Shown: in pieces, positions 53,220 to 64,000 of the stretch
Layout: every line of letters begins with the position of its first letter
Numbering within the stretch: position 1 is the first letter of the stretch
DNA from: Lama glama
Taxonomy: Eukaryota
Assembly: GCA_028534125.1 (NCBI GenBank)
Contig: CM052817.1
Coordinates: forward strand, 30,630,001-30,694,000
Length of the DNA: 64,000 nucleotides
Direction: 5' to 3'
Program-made: the position numbers and the translations under genes
Notes under the pieces: generated by a model
Database searches by the model: none
Told to the model about the DNA's origin: nothing
What the model saw: the letters and a program-made list of their open reading frames with translations, nothing else

Positions 53220-53515
53220 GATAAGAGATCCCTTCCACTGACATCACCACCTCGCTGCCCACCCCACCCCCACCGTGTGCGTCCACGCTCGCGCACGTGC
53301 ACGCGCACACACACACACAGACAATTCAGCACATCCAAAAGAAACGACCAAGCCAACAAAAATCCTAGTTCAAACAGACTATGGAGTTGAGGCTGATGAG
53401 AGGAGATGAAGAAGATTCACTAGAAAGGTTAATGCTGATTAATTGGAGGCTGTTGGCTAAATGTGGTGACAACTGATTTTCAGACGTTTTGAAGTTGGGA
53501 CCAGGAAGAGGAGGT
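53220..53515 (+). repeat. Copy B of the ~295-bp local direct duplication (partner at 38189-38481)
   Basis: Same manual alignment; similarity starts at GATAAGAGAT and ends at GAAGAGGAGGT. Confidence 0.95.
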
Positions 53516-55107
53516 GAACATGCCTGGGTTCAAAATCACTGTCATAGAACATAAGAACATATTGGTGAATTATGTTTTTGCATTGTTACCATGCAGATTT
53601 TCCACATGCTAAAGCATGTGCACTTTTGGTTCCACAAAATGGTAGGTGAAGCCCAAACTCAAGCAAAGCAAATGCCATCCAATGCTATTCAATCCCACTG
53701 AGTGGAGGTTGGCTTTTGATGGAAACACCAGTCATTTTTAGGAGTGTGGGTAGGAAGCATCTACATTCCTAAAGGTGATCTCAGATGCTACCAGCTTGAA
53801 ATGCCAGCATCAGATCTTGATATCTTCTGCTTTGACTCCTGCTGAAATGCAAACAACCCTGAGTGAGGCAATTATAATGCTAGTCTTTAATTTTTGTGTT
53901 TATACCAGTGTGTGAATGGATGGTTGAATGAGAGGACAGGTTTGCTTAAGAGACAGAGATTAGAAAAGGACATGAGGAAAGTGAGGAAACAGAAGTTATT
54001 CATACTTTCCCCCAAAATCAGCAGTTTCCTGACTTTGGCAACCAATATGAAACAGCTCAAAACAGAGGGGCTGGAGGGTGCTGAGAGAGCATTTGTGTTG
54101 TCCACACTGGTCCCCTGCACTTGAAAAGCATTTTGCTTGATCTGACAGTGATGCCCAATATTTTGCAGCCCAGGATGTGAAATCAACAAATTCATCTCCA
54201 TTCTCTGGAGACATAGTGGCCAGGCTGACTGGACCAGGTGACAATAATATCCTATAGTTCTAATAACCTGATGAACCTCATTGTTAAAATCAGTGTCTAG
54301 CGGGCAAAACCCTGGCAGTTTTTTTCAAGTCCTAACACTCTCCATCTGGTATATATAATTTTGGTTTTTCTCCTTAAGTACATTCCCTTGAATGTGCTTC
54401 TGTCAAGTCATATTTGAATAATGTTAAATCACTTTAAAATGTCAGGATGATGTGGTACCCTAATTTATACTCTCAAGTATGAATCCCGTGACTTACTTAA
54501 GCCCTTTGATTCTCAGTTCCATATAAAATGGAAATAATAATTTCTGCTCTACTTATTTCAGGGAGCACTGAGAATCAAAAGAGATAAATCATGTACAAAT
54601 ATATGCTCTGTATATGTGATGTATAAACTGTGCATTGCTATATGAATGTTAAGTACTGGAGTTTTTATTATTTTACTATTATCTCCCAAACTTGTAAAGA
54701 ATTTCTCCCTCTTCAATGCCAGGACATCAGGAATAACATTAATTCACATCCTGCCTAATAAAATATAATAATATTTTTGTTCAATACTGGGATTTTCATC
54801 ATGTAGTTGAAATTCACAGTACTGCTAATTGTGAAACTATTCTGTGACATCCGACTGCAGAAATGGAAAGAGTTTCCCACACCTTTCCTCCTGATCATTT
54901 GCTCTTGGTTCTCACTCTAACACTGCTCAAATTTAAAAGTTTCAATCTGTATATGGTCATATTTTGTGTTATTCCTTGGTATATGAAGGAAGTTGGATAT
55001 GTTGTTTTCCATGGGCTTACCAAAGGACTAGGGCTCTGGAGTTGACTTCTGGTTTTAATTATAACTCCTCAGCTTACAGGCTCTGTTACCTTGCCATTAA
55101 TTAACTC

Positions 55108-55236
55108 TAGAGTAATCATATAATTTATTGTCCAAACATGAACTTTTGAAAATGGAAGGGAATACTATTAATATTACCCAGGTCAAGAGATATAAACCAA
55201 CACTGTCCTGTCAAAGTCAGGATTTGTGATCACCTA
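55108..55236. mobile_element. MER81-like (hAT-Blackjack) element nested in a MIR (~55040-55330)
   Basis: TAGAGTAATCATATAATTTATTGTCCAAAC...CTATTAATATTAC...GTGATCACCTA with inverted termini. Confidence 0.7.
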
Positions 55237-55914
55237 TGCCACTCAAAGCCTGAATTTCTCCATCTTTGAAATGAGGGTAAACTATACTTTCTTCATAGTT
55301 CACTGAAGGCTTGATGAGATAACGTGTTGCCTGACTTGGGGAAAATATCAGTTATTTACTACCATCTCCTCCTCCTTCTCCTTCTTGCACATACTGTGTA
55401 TCTGTCAGGCACTGCTATGAGTGCTTTATATGAATGTCAACAATAGAATTAGGTAGAGTGGACAAGATAGCCTCATACGAATTTTTATACCAGAGTTTGA
55501 GAAGAACAAATAAAAACATCGTCTGTCAGCTCATCTTTGCTTACTGAGAGCTTTACAGGAACAAAGAGACTTGCTACGAATTGGGAAGTGTTAGTAAAAA
55601 TGGTAGGATTTACTTTATTCCTTCAAGGAACGGCCAAGAATCTCACTGAGAAGCTAAGTTATTAAGAGCTAACGATGTTCGTGGGGTCCCACTTGATCGC
55701 AAGCAACACTAAAAAAATGACTCATAACATGACAGAGAATGTACAACCAAGCTGAGCTGTTCAAGAGGGCAATAATCTAAGTGGGAAGGATATGCCAGGC
55801 AGGGCAAATAGTAGTAAAACGTTTGTAGATATAATATTACCAAGGCTTCTAGTTTTAATTATGGCTCCTCAGATATGAATCTTAAGGCCTAGAAAACTAT
55901 CTTGGAGTCTTAGT

Positions 55915-56130
55915 AATAATAATAACACTTACTGAGTACTTCTACACAGCAGGAACCATTCTAAATACATTACAAATATTAACCCACTTAATCGGTATGT
56001 ATCATTATTATCTCTATTTTACAGATAAGGAAACTGAGGCATGGAAAAGATAAGAAACTTGCCCAAAGTTACACAACTAGTAAGTGATAGAGTTGTGATT
56101 TGCACCCAGGTAGATTGACTTCAGAGTCTA
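55915..56130 (-). mobile_element. MIR SINE
   Basis: Well-preserved ATTTTACAGATAAGGAAACTGAGGCA...AACTTGCCCAAAGTTACACAACTAGTAAGTG. Confidence 0.85.
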
Positions 56131-56469
56131 TGTATGGCGCCCTAAATCAATTAGCTCATAAAACATCATTACTTCTAACAACGTTTAAACAAAGAGAGGT
56201 TTCAAAAATTAGGAAATGTTATTAATTCTTAACAAAATGGGTCTTAGGGTGAAATGCATTAGCAATTAATATTATTTAGCCCAGCGTTAAACTTTGTAGA
56301 GATTAAGGAGTAGTTTGATTAATGTCTTCAGGTTTATAAAAAGGTTTGATATATTCACTGATCTAAGTCACATCTAACTTATTTGCATGCAAGGTGTTAC
56401 TTAAAGTGCTATGTCAGGTACTTATTGAAAATAGGAAGAGAGAATGGATTTTGTGCCCCTTGTGAGAGA

Positions 56470-56726
56470 ATTCTTAACTTGAAGAAAGAAGCAAAGTTTA
56501 GATTGGACATAAGGAAGAACATCTTGACTGTAACGAGTGAGAAGATGCTGAAAGCAGCTACAAAGAGTATCTGGGAAGCGCCCATCCTTAGAAAGCTGCA
56601 GAACAAGAAGAGATAATTATATCTGTCCTAGTTGGCTTATCTGGCTCTTCTATCCAAAGGCAGGAGAGTGACAAGAGAAAGAACATTTCTCTAAGACCCT
56701 TCACAACTGAGGAGTTTGAACTTCTA
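56470..56726 (+). mobile_element. CR1/L3 LINE 3' end
   Basis: Translates to KFRLDIRKNILTV, matching the CR1 ORF2 C-terminal motif RFRLDIRKNFFT, followed by a CR1-like 3' UTR (GACCCTTC..AACT). Confidence 0.7.
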
Positions 56727-57429
56727 AGACTTTTTCTTGATATTTACAGATGATCCATTGTAAGATCGCCAAAAATCCCCACCTTTGATCACATAGAGTA
56801 CATAAAATTCAAGCAGAAGATTACAACCACACATTTAGAGGCAGTTACAGGGTACTTGGCTAGGCTGTCATTAATTCAGTAGCTCTTTCTGGAACAACTA
56901 ACTTACTGACCTTACAGTGCATACTACTCAAACTTGTATCTCAGAAAAAGTTGCCATGTCACTTACCTTCCTGGTAGTTAATGAAGAGGAGATTTAGGAG
57001 ACAGTAAATCCTCAAATGCCAAGGGTCTTCTGTAATGAGAGTATCTTGAAGACTGTGCCTGATAATTGCGTTTTGCACAGGACAGAATAAAATCATGTTG
57101 AATTGAATTTAGAAATAATGCATTCAATTTTAGTCTGTGTATACTTCTGTATTTAGTACAGGGAAAAAGACAACCTTTAATATTAAGAATAGAAATAGTT
57201 ATTAAAATATAATGAATATGTACTATGTATCAGGTACCAAAATAAATACTTGACATCAGTTTTTACAAAATCTACCTGAGATAGGAACATTAAATATCCC
57301 TATTTCTCAGGTGGAGAACTGAGTCCAGGAAAGCTGATCTGTGATGGAGTTGTGTTTAAAGCTCAGGACTGGTTGTCTCAAGAGCCAGATATCTAACCCC
57401 CTCTTTTGGGCCCTGGGACCCAATTCCAA

Positions 57430-58250
57430 TGTGTGTGGAGGAGCTGGGAGGTTGCCCACACATACGATAAGCATTCTCTGGATGCTTGGGGCCCTACAAT
57501 ACAACTCAATTCTGACACCATCTATCCAGAGATAACATCAGGGTCCTCAAGGGTTAATTCCGTTAGGGTTCATTCCTACAAGACTATCCCCTTTCCACTT
57601 CAGATGCCAGTTGCAAGACCAGGTTTTTACCTGTACTTGTAACTAACTGGTTCTAAATCAGAGGTTCCCACAACATCCTCCTTAGGTTTGATTTTTTTTT
57701 TTTGCGCTAAAGCAGCTCACAGATTCCAGAGAAGAACTTTACTTACTAGAGCACCATTTATTACAAAAGGAAATAACTCAGGAGCAGCAAGATAGAAGAG
57801 ATGCAGAGTGGGAAGTATGGGGAAAGGGCCCAGAGTTCCCATGCTCTCTCCAGGGGCACCACTCTCTCCAATTTCCATGTATTTGCCAACTGGAAGCTTT
57901 GATCCCTGTTTTTTGGGGATCTTTACTGAAACTTCATTATACAGGCAGGTATGATTAAATCATCGGCCACTGTAGCTGGAACTCAATCTCCAGCCCCTCT
58001 CCCCTCCCTGAAGGTCAGGGGATGGGAGGAGAAATTCCAATCCTCTAATCATGTGGTTGGCTGTGCTGGCAATAGGCCCCAATCTTTTGGTACTTTCCAG
58101 AAGTCTCCTCATTAACATAACAAAAGGCACTTCTCTTGCTCTCTGCACTTAGGAAATCCGAAGGATTTTTATGAGCTCTTTGCCAAAAGCTGAGGGGCTG
58201 AGGAGCAGGAAGACCAGACACATATTTCTTATTATAAATCACAGTGTCAC
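57430..58250 (-). mobile_element. MER21-like ERV solo LTR
   Basis: ACTCAATTCTGACACCATCTA.CC.GAGATA.CATCAG...AAATCAGAGGTTCCCAC...CTCAATCTCCAGCCCCTCTCCCCTCCCTG..GGTCAGGGG...TATTTCTTATTATAAATCACA. Confidence 0.75.
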
Positions 58251-61200
58251 ACTCCCCTTCTCATTGTATCCAACAATCATTGATTTTCAATTCAGAATTC
58301 ACCCTGGTCTGAATTGTGCTCTTAGAAATAGATCTTTTATTTCTCTAAGTGAAGGGTCAGGCAGAATCCCATCCAGAAGAACCCAGTTTTGAATTTCAAG
58401 CCTCAAAATAAGTGTAAGCCTAAAGAGTTGGTGGTGTTCTTGCTCCAGTTCAGTGGGATTCCTTCCCTGGACAGAATCTTACTTCTTAATCTTTTCATGA
58501 TGGAAGACTTTAAAAAAAAAAAAAAGACTCTGACCAGAGGAGAGGGTTGTTGGGTAGGAGCCCGGGTTCCGGTGTCTTCCTCTGTTGCCATCCTGGTCAT
58601 GGTCCACACATCACAGACAACACGGCCTTTTTCCTGTCAGGTTTGCTTGCAAGGGTCACTTGTTTGTTTGAGTCCAAGATGTAGACTCAGAAAATCTAAA
58701 ATTGTTATTTTTCAATTCACAAGATTTCCTGCCAGTGGAAAGAACCGCTCTCCACTCCAGGATTCTCTAACAGGGGCAGGTATCAACCGCAGGAGGGGAA
58801 AACATGCCCATGGGGAGGGGACAGATGCTAAGCAGACCAGCCAGTTCTGGGTAGGGAAGTCAGAAAAGGCTCAGGTATATTTAGCTCTTCTTATTTTTCT
58901 GACTGAATGCTGAGAGAGAAATCAAACAGGAATATGTAAAGGTCAGATCATTTCATCACTGTCCTTTCAGAACTGGGAAATTACATTATGGAATGCAGAT
59001 GGCATCTTGAGGTTAAAATAGCAACTTATTATTACCACATAGCTTACAGGAGATAGTTTTCATTTTTCTGCCTCCTGGAGGAATATACAGTTAAAACACA
59101 TTGATTTTAAAAATTAAATACATGTATTTAAAAAAAACAAAAACTTTAAAATCTCTTTTTCTCTCAGTGTGGTTGAAATGATGGCAATGAAAATATAACG
59201 ATCACTTCACTTGCTCTTACCGAAATAATAACCGAAGAATTTACTGCCGAAGAACAGTATATTTATAAAGTAAAAGACATTGACGGAACATAGTTTAAGG
59301 CAAAACAAGTTACTTGAAATAAACTGTCTTTCTGTATTTTAAAAATGCAAAGTTAGGCTGTTGGAGAGACCACTACATTCTGCTAAAGCCATCATGGGTT
59401 TTCACCTTTACTTTTTTTTTTGGTACTAAATAAGGAACAGTACTGCTACCCACCAACATAGATCTTGTCGCTTTTGTTCATCCCTCACAGCTAAAGAATA
59501 ATCTGTGCTCTTATATCTCAGTGGGGAGTTTAGCAAGGACACAGTTCACTATGTCTGTGCTGTCTGTCACTGAGGAGTGTGGTCGCGCACAGGTGCAGGC
59601 CCACACAGGGCGGATCAAGTCAGAACTTCATTCCCTTCGGTTCAAGGATAATACATAGTCCCAGATATCCGGGGTAGAGGGGAGTGGGGGTGGGGGAGGT
59701 GGATGCAGCACAAAGTGGGCTTCAGGAGAAGTTGTAATTTTAGGCATCATGTGCTGTGGTTTTACCTAAGATCTGAAAATATCAGAATGGCTTTCATAAT
59801 TGAAATCATCAGATCAGTACCTTATTTTGTGACTTCTCAACCCATTTAACTCCTGATTTTATTGGACAGTTAGTAGAAAAGAAAAATTCATGTCAGCCAG
59901 TAAAGATATGTATTTTTAAAAAGATGCTAGTTAGAAATCCCCAAGAAGTGTGTTTGTTTGTTTGTTTGGGAAATTCCAGATACAAAGAGAAAGACAAAGG
60001 CTGATACAAACAGTTCAGAAAAGCAAAGAATAATTTTCATGATATTTAATTTAAATGTCATAAAAATTTAAATTTTGATGAAGAATCTATAGGTACCTGC
60101 TTATCATCACTGTTGGACAGCTGCTTTGGAAATGCCTTGCTATAAGTAGATATTCAGCACTGAAAGAAAGACTATTTTCCCCCAAATTGCCTCCTTTACA
60201 TTCCGGAGCAAATTAACAACAACATGCTGTTCTATTTCCTGACACCTCACATTCTTTGCTCCTCAGTATACATGAAAGAAGTAAACACTTCCATCACAAA
60301 CTCAGTCTCAATTTCATTGATAATACCTCTTTCTTCTCTCATCTTTTCACCCTCTTTTTCCCTAGGTTTCCCTAATTTAGTAGTTAATGGAGACTCCTCT
60401 GGCCACCATCTGTTCTGGAAAAGCAGCATGGTGGAAAGTGTGTGGGTTGTTACTTGGCCCACCCTGGGTTGTGGCTCTGTCCTTGTGAGTGCTCTCTCTC
60501 TTAATATCCTTGTCTCTGATGCTGGGGCAAGAAAAAAAAAATGCCATTCATACTCATCAAGTTTTCTTCTTCTCTTTAGGGAAGGAGATACTGTTTATGT
60601 AAATAGGAAAACAAATCTTTGGGCTGCCCTTTCCAGTGGCTGAGAATGGCAGGGAGGAAGGAAGAATGAGAAGATTGGCATTTCAAAGACTACCAATTAC
60701 TCTGTGGTACTGGATTGTAAGACCCAGAATATCTGTCTCTTCATTTAAGGGAAATGTTAATAAACTTCTAGGAATATAAAATATGTCTAGGTTTAAGAAG
60801 GGGAAAAGCGTTAAAATTCTCTGAGCAATAAATGATACAAAGGGGGTTGAGGACAGAATAGTGCGTGGAGGACCAGGGTGGACAGGAAGAACAACCAAAG
60901 ATGCTAAGAAACTGGAAAAGAAGTTGAAGTTCTCAGCAAATAGTTCCTACTGTTGGGGTGGCTGAGGGACTCAAAAACAGAGATTTCATTGTTCGATACT
61001 ATGTGATTTTTCATTGCTGTGATATAAAACATTATTGCTTCTCCACTTCTCCAAAAAAGTCTATTATTGCACAAACGCTTTGTTGGAGGGATTTGCGGTG
61101 CTGGGTTCCACATGTGGGTCAGCACGGAGTACAGGGAAGAGAGTTGTCATATACTTCAGACCAGAGTGAGAATAAGAGCTCAGAAGAAACTAGAAATCAG

Positions 61201-62419
61201 AGTCAGAGTTGACTGTAAAAATGTGTCTGGACATGCACAGAAATCCCAGGGAAACACTGGACTTTTAATAGTACAAGGATTAAGGGTGTGGGTTAATTAA
61301 TTTCAGTCTCAAAGGATGCCAGCTGACATCTAGCTATACATAAAATGTCATTAAAACTACCATACAGAAAGCAGAAAACCTAGCGCCTGGCAGGTACTGA
61401 ATAAGCCTGAGTCCCCCGTCCTTTCACAGAAACAATATGGTGGCCATGCCACTATAGGAGAGGAATGGGGGAGACAGGACCTGAGGGCACAGAAAGACAC
61501 GAGGGTGATAGTAGGGCACGCTCATTGTTTGCTCCCCTGGTTTCCTACCTGATCTCCCACGGAGGCTGCAAACTTGTGAGTGGATACTGAGGTGCTTACT
61601 CAGATAGGGGGCTGCAGGGGTAGGGAGAGGGCATCTAGCAATTCAGACCCTGTAGCACATGCACAATTACTTAAAAGCATATGGATCACCAACTTAAAAC
61701 TGTTTTGCGCAGGCTCAGAAGCACAGAGCTCCTCAGGCCACAGTGCGCCTTACCCCATGGTGCTGTGGCCCTTTAAGTACCAGAGGGGGTGAAGCCCAAG
61801 AATTCCGAACCCATGCTTTGAACTCATCAGAGGCACCTGGCCTGTTGCTGGCCTCCTGCCGGTTCTGCTGACTCTTCAGTCTGTATTCCACACTTTCTAA
61901 CCTTCTGTTCAGTTCTCTCAGTTCCCTCCCTGACTTTCTTGCAGCATTATGAATCTTCCTGTCAATGCAGCTATCCCTCCGTGGATTAGCTTCCAAAGCA
62001 CTCAGTGGATGTAAATACCGTGTGACTGAAATCAGCTATCCTGGTGGAAACAGACAGCAGGTGCCCTGTGCCACCTTTGTTCCTGAGCATTGAAGCTCCT
62101 AGTCAGACATACTCCGTTTGGCAAACTGTTCAGGTTAAAATAACTGGGTAGTCCATTAGGGGATAGGCATGTTGACAGGAAGATTCATAATGTTAAGATA
62201 AATCCAGGGAGGTAAATGAGAGAACTAGACAGAACACTTCCATACGTGAACTAAATTGAGATGTCCAGAGAAGGCCAAAGAAGAGCAGGGGAGGAAGGCA
62301 GTGGAGGGGAGAGAGAGAGAGAAATTTGGGAGAAAGGTGAGTTTAGTGGGTGCAGTTAACTCTGATGAAAATCAGAGATGAAATTAGAATATAAGAACAA
62401 TAAAAAAGGGAGAAGTAAG

Positions 62420-62890
62420 ATGTCACGCTGTTGCAAATGGGGTTCCCCTGAAAAAACGAGACAGAAATTTCTGTTTCCTGGGATGTATTAAAGAACAGCT
62501 CCTGTCTGGGAGCGACGGCAGCAGCACTGGGCAAAGGGAGAGGTGAAATTTTGGTGAAGTTGAATTAAAATGTAGTTGCTACAGATGCATAATTAACCCC
62601 AAGGAGAATTGTGGAGCTAGAATGACCCTTCAGAATGATTTGGAATTGAGGCTTATGGCTTGGGTCTTCATACCCCACCTCTAGCCACCCACTCCAACAT
62701 CAACTAGCCGTATGATGTGGGCTGTCCCTGAGAAAGAGGTGTGACATGAAAGGGGACTTTCTCCAGCCAGGATATTCCTGGTGAGGATCTCAGCTGGCAT
62801 ACATCAGCCACCACTCCTGGCAGCTGAAGGAAGGAGTGGCTCAGTCCTAGGAGGGATGTAAGATCTGGACTGGGCCTCACAGAATCTCTC
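62420..62890. mobile_element. Old ERVL-type LTR remnant (family uncertain)
   Basis: GGAGCT.G.ATGACCCTTCAGA...AATTGAGGC...GATGTGGGCTG.CCCTG resembles recalled ERVL LTR consensus. Confidence 0.45.
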
Positions 62891-63887
62891 TCACAGCCCT
62901 GGACTCAGAACACAGCTGAAAAGGCTGACCTGAAGTGAATTTCCCCCAGAAGCTCTGTGGAATGTAGTCTCTTTACTATTCACTGACATTTCATGTGCAT
63001 TGGTCTTGTCTCTTACCTAAACTCTAAACATTCTGAGTACCAGCTTCACATTCTACATCTTTTATGATCCCTCAATAATTCCTTTAGCAGAGCAATTGTC
63101 TCAATCTAAGATTAATAGAAAAACAAGCCCGTTGCCTGTGGTAATTGACACTGAAGTAACAAAACAAATTCTTTCCTCCATATTTTGGAGAAAATAAAAT
63201 TGACCTTTCAATTTTTTTTCCTGTCATATATGCATTTAAATGTCTCCAGAGTGAACTGGTTATGATACACTGTAACAGTTACAAGAAGTCCTATATCTTG
63301 AAAACTCAAAAGACAAGGCAGGGGAGTCTATGTCCTTCAGTGGAAAGAGTACTTGACCAGAGTCTGAAGACGGGCTTCTGTTTCTTGCTGGTCTGTTGCC
63401 TGCCACATCATCTTGAGAAAAGTCAGTTGAACCCTCTTTTTCCTTGTAATGATTAGGCATAATGTTGTCTGCTTTCCCTTCTTGAAGAGCAGTGGGTGTT
63501 GGACTGAAGGACTTGATCAATAGATAACGTCTGCCTGGTATGTTTGAGCTCTAAAAAACCATTCAAGAGGAGTTTCATTGTTATTATTATTATCAACTTA
63601 TGGATGCAATTTCTAAAATTAATTTCACACATTATAAATTGTATATAGTAATAAAAAGGTGATTTAGTTTTTTTTTTTAATCAGTAACTACAATGGAAGA
63701 AATTTACTTCATTTATAATGGTAGACCCTGAGTTGTTACACTGGCTTCTAGAATCCTCATTTTTGAAGTGGGAGGGTAGGGTTTAAGTAAGATGACCTCG
63801 AATATATGTTTGGTTTCTAAACTTCATAAACCTGCATCTTCCAAACCAACGTTCCCATCCATCAACCAAAGGAAATGAGACATTTTA

Positions 63888-64000
63888 AAATATATTTTTA
63901 TTGAAGTATAGTCAGTTTACAGTGTTGTGTCAATTTCTGGTGTACAGCACAATACTTCAGTCATACAGGAACATACATATATTTGTTGTCATATTCTTTT
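63888..64000 (-). mobile_element. L1 3' end (same family as 30000 and 46083), cut by the window edge
   Basis: TTTTTATTGAAGTATAGTCAGTTTACAGTGTTGTGTCAATTTCTGGTGTACAGCA. Confidence 0.85.

Noticed and set aside
58389..58913. 174-aa intronic ORF
   Set aside because: It has a non-ATG start, spans a poly(A) run, shows no similarity to beta-1 exon 4 and has no recognisable domain.

Overview
This is mammalian genomic DNA, most likely camelid, because it carries two tRNA-Ala-like SINEs resembling the camelid Vic-1 family. It holds the head-to-head 5' ends of two GABA-A receptor subunit genes. GABRA4 is on the minus strand (coding exons 1-3 at 15476-15391, 15007-14889 and 939-872, continuing past the left edge). 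GABRB1 is on the plus strand (coding exons 1-3 at 42141-42220, 42387-42478 and 42913-42980, then a long intron 3 running past the right edge). Each 5' end lies at a CpG-rich island, and the start codons are about 26.7 kb apart. The rest is AT-rich intron or intergenic DNA with old L1, L2, MIR, CR1, LTR and DNA-transposon fragments and microsatellites. Repeat family names come from my recall of consensus sequences and their boundaries are approximate. I see no prokaryotic-type system, CRISPR array or additional protein-coding gene, and almost all ORF-track entries look spurious. The main unexplained observations are: (1) a ~295-bp, ~93% identical direct duplication flanking GABRB1 exons 1-3, whose upstream copy ends at a splice-donor-like site in phase with exon 3; (2) two out-of-frame uATGs directly upstream of the GABRA4 start; (3) a cluster of non-B-DNA motifs in GABRB1 intron 2; (4) an RFX X-box cluster in GABRB1 intron 3.
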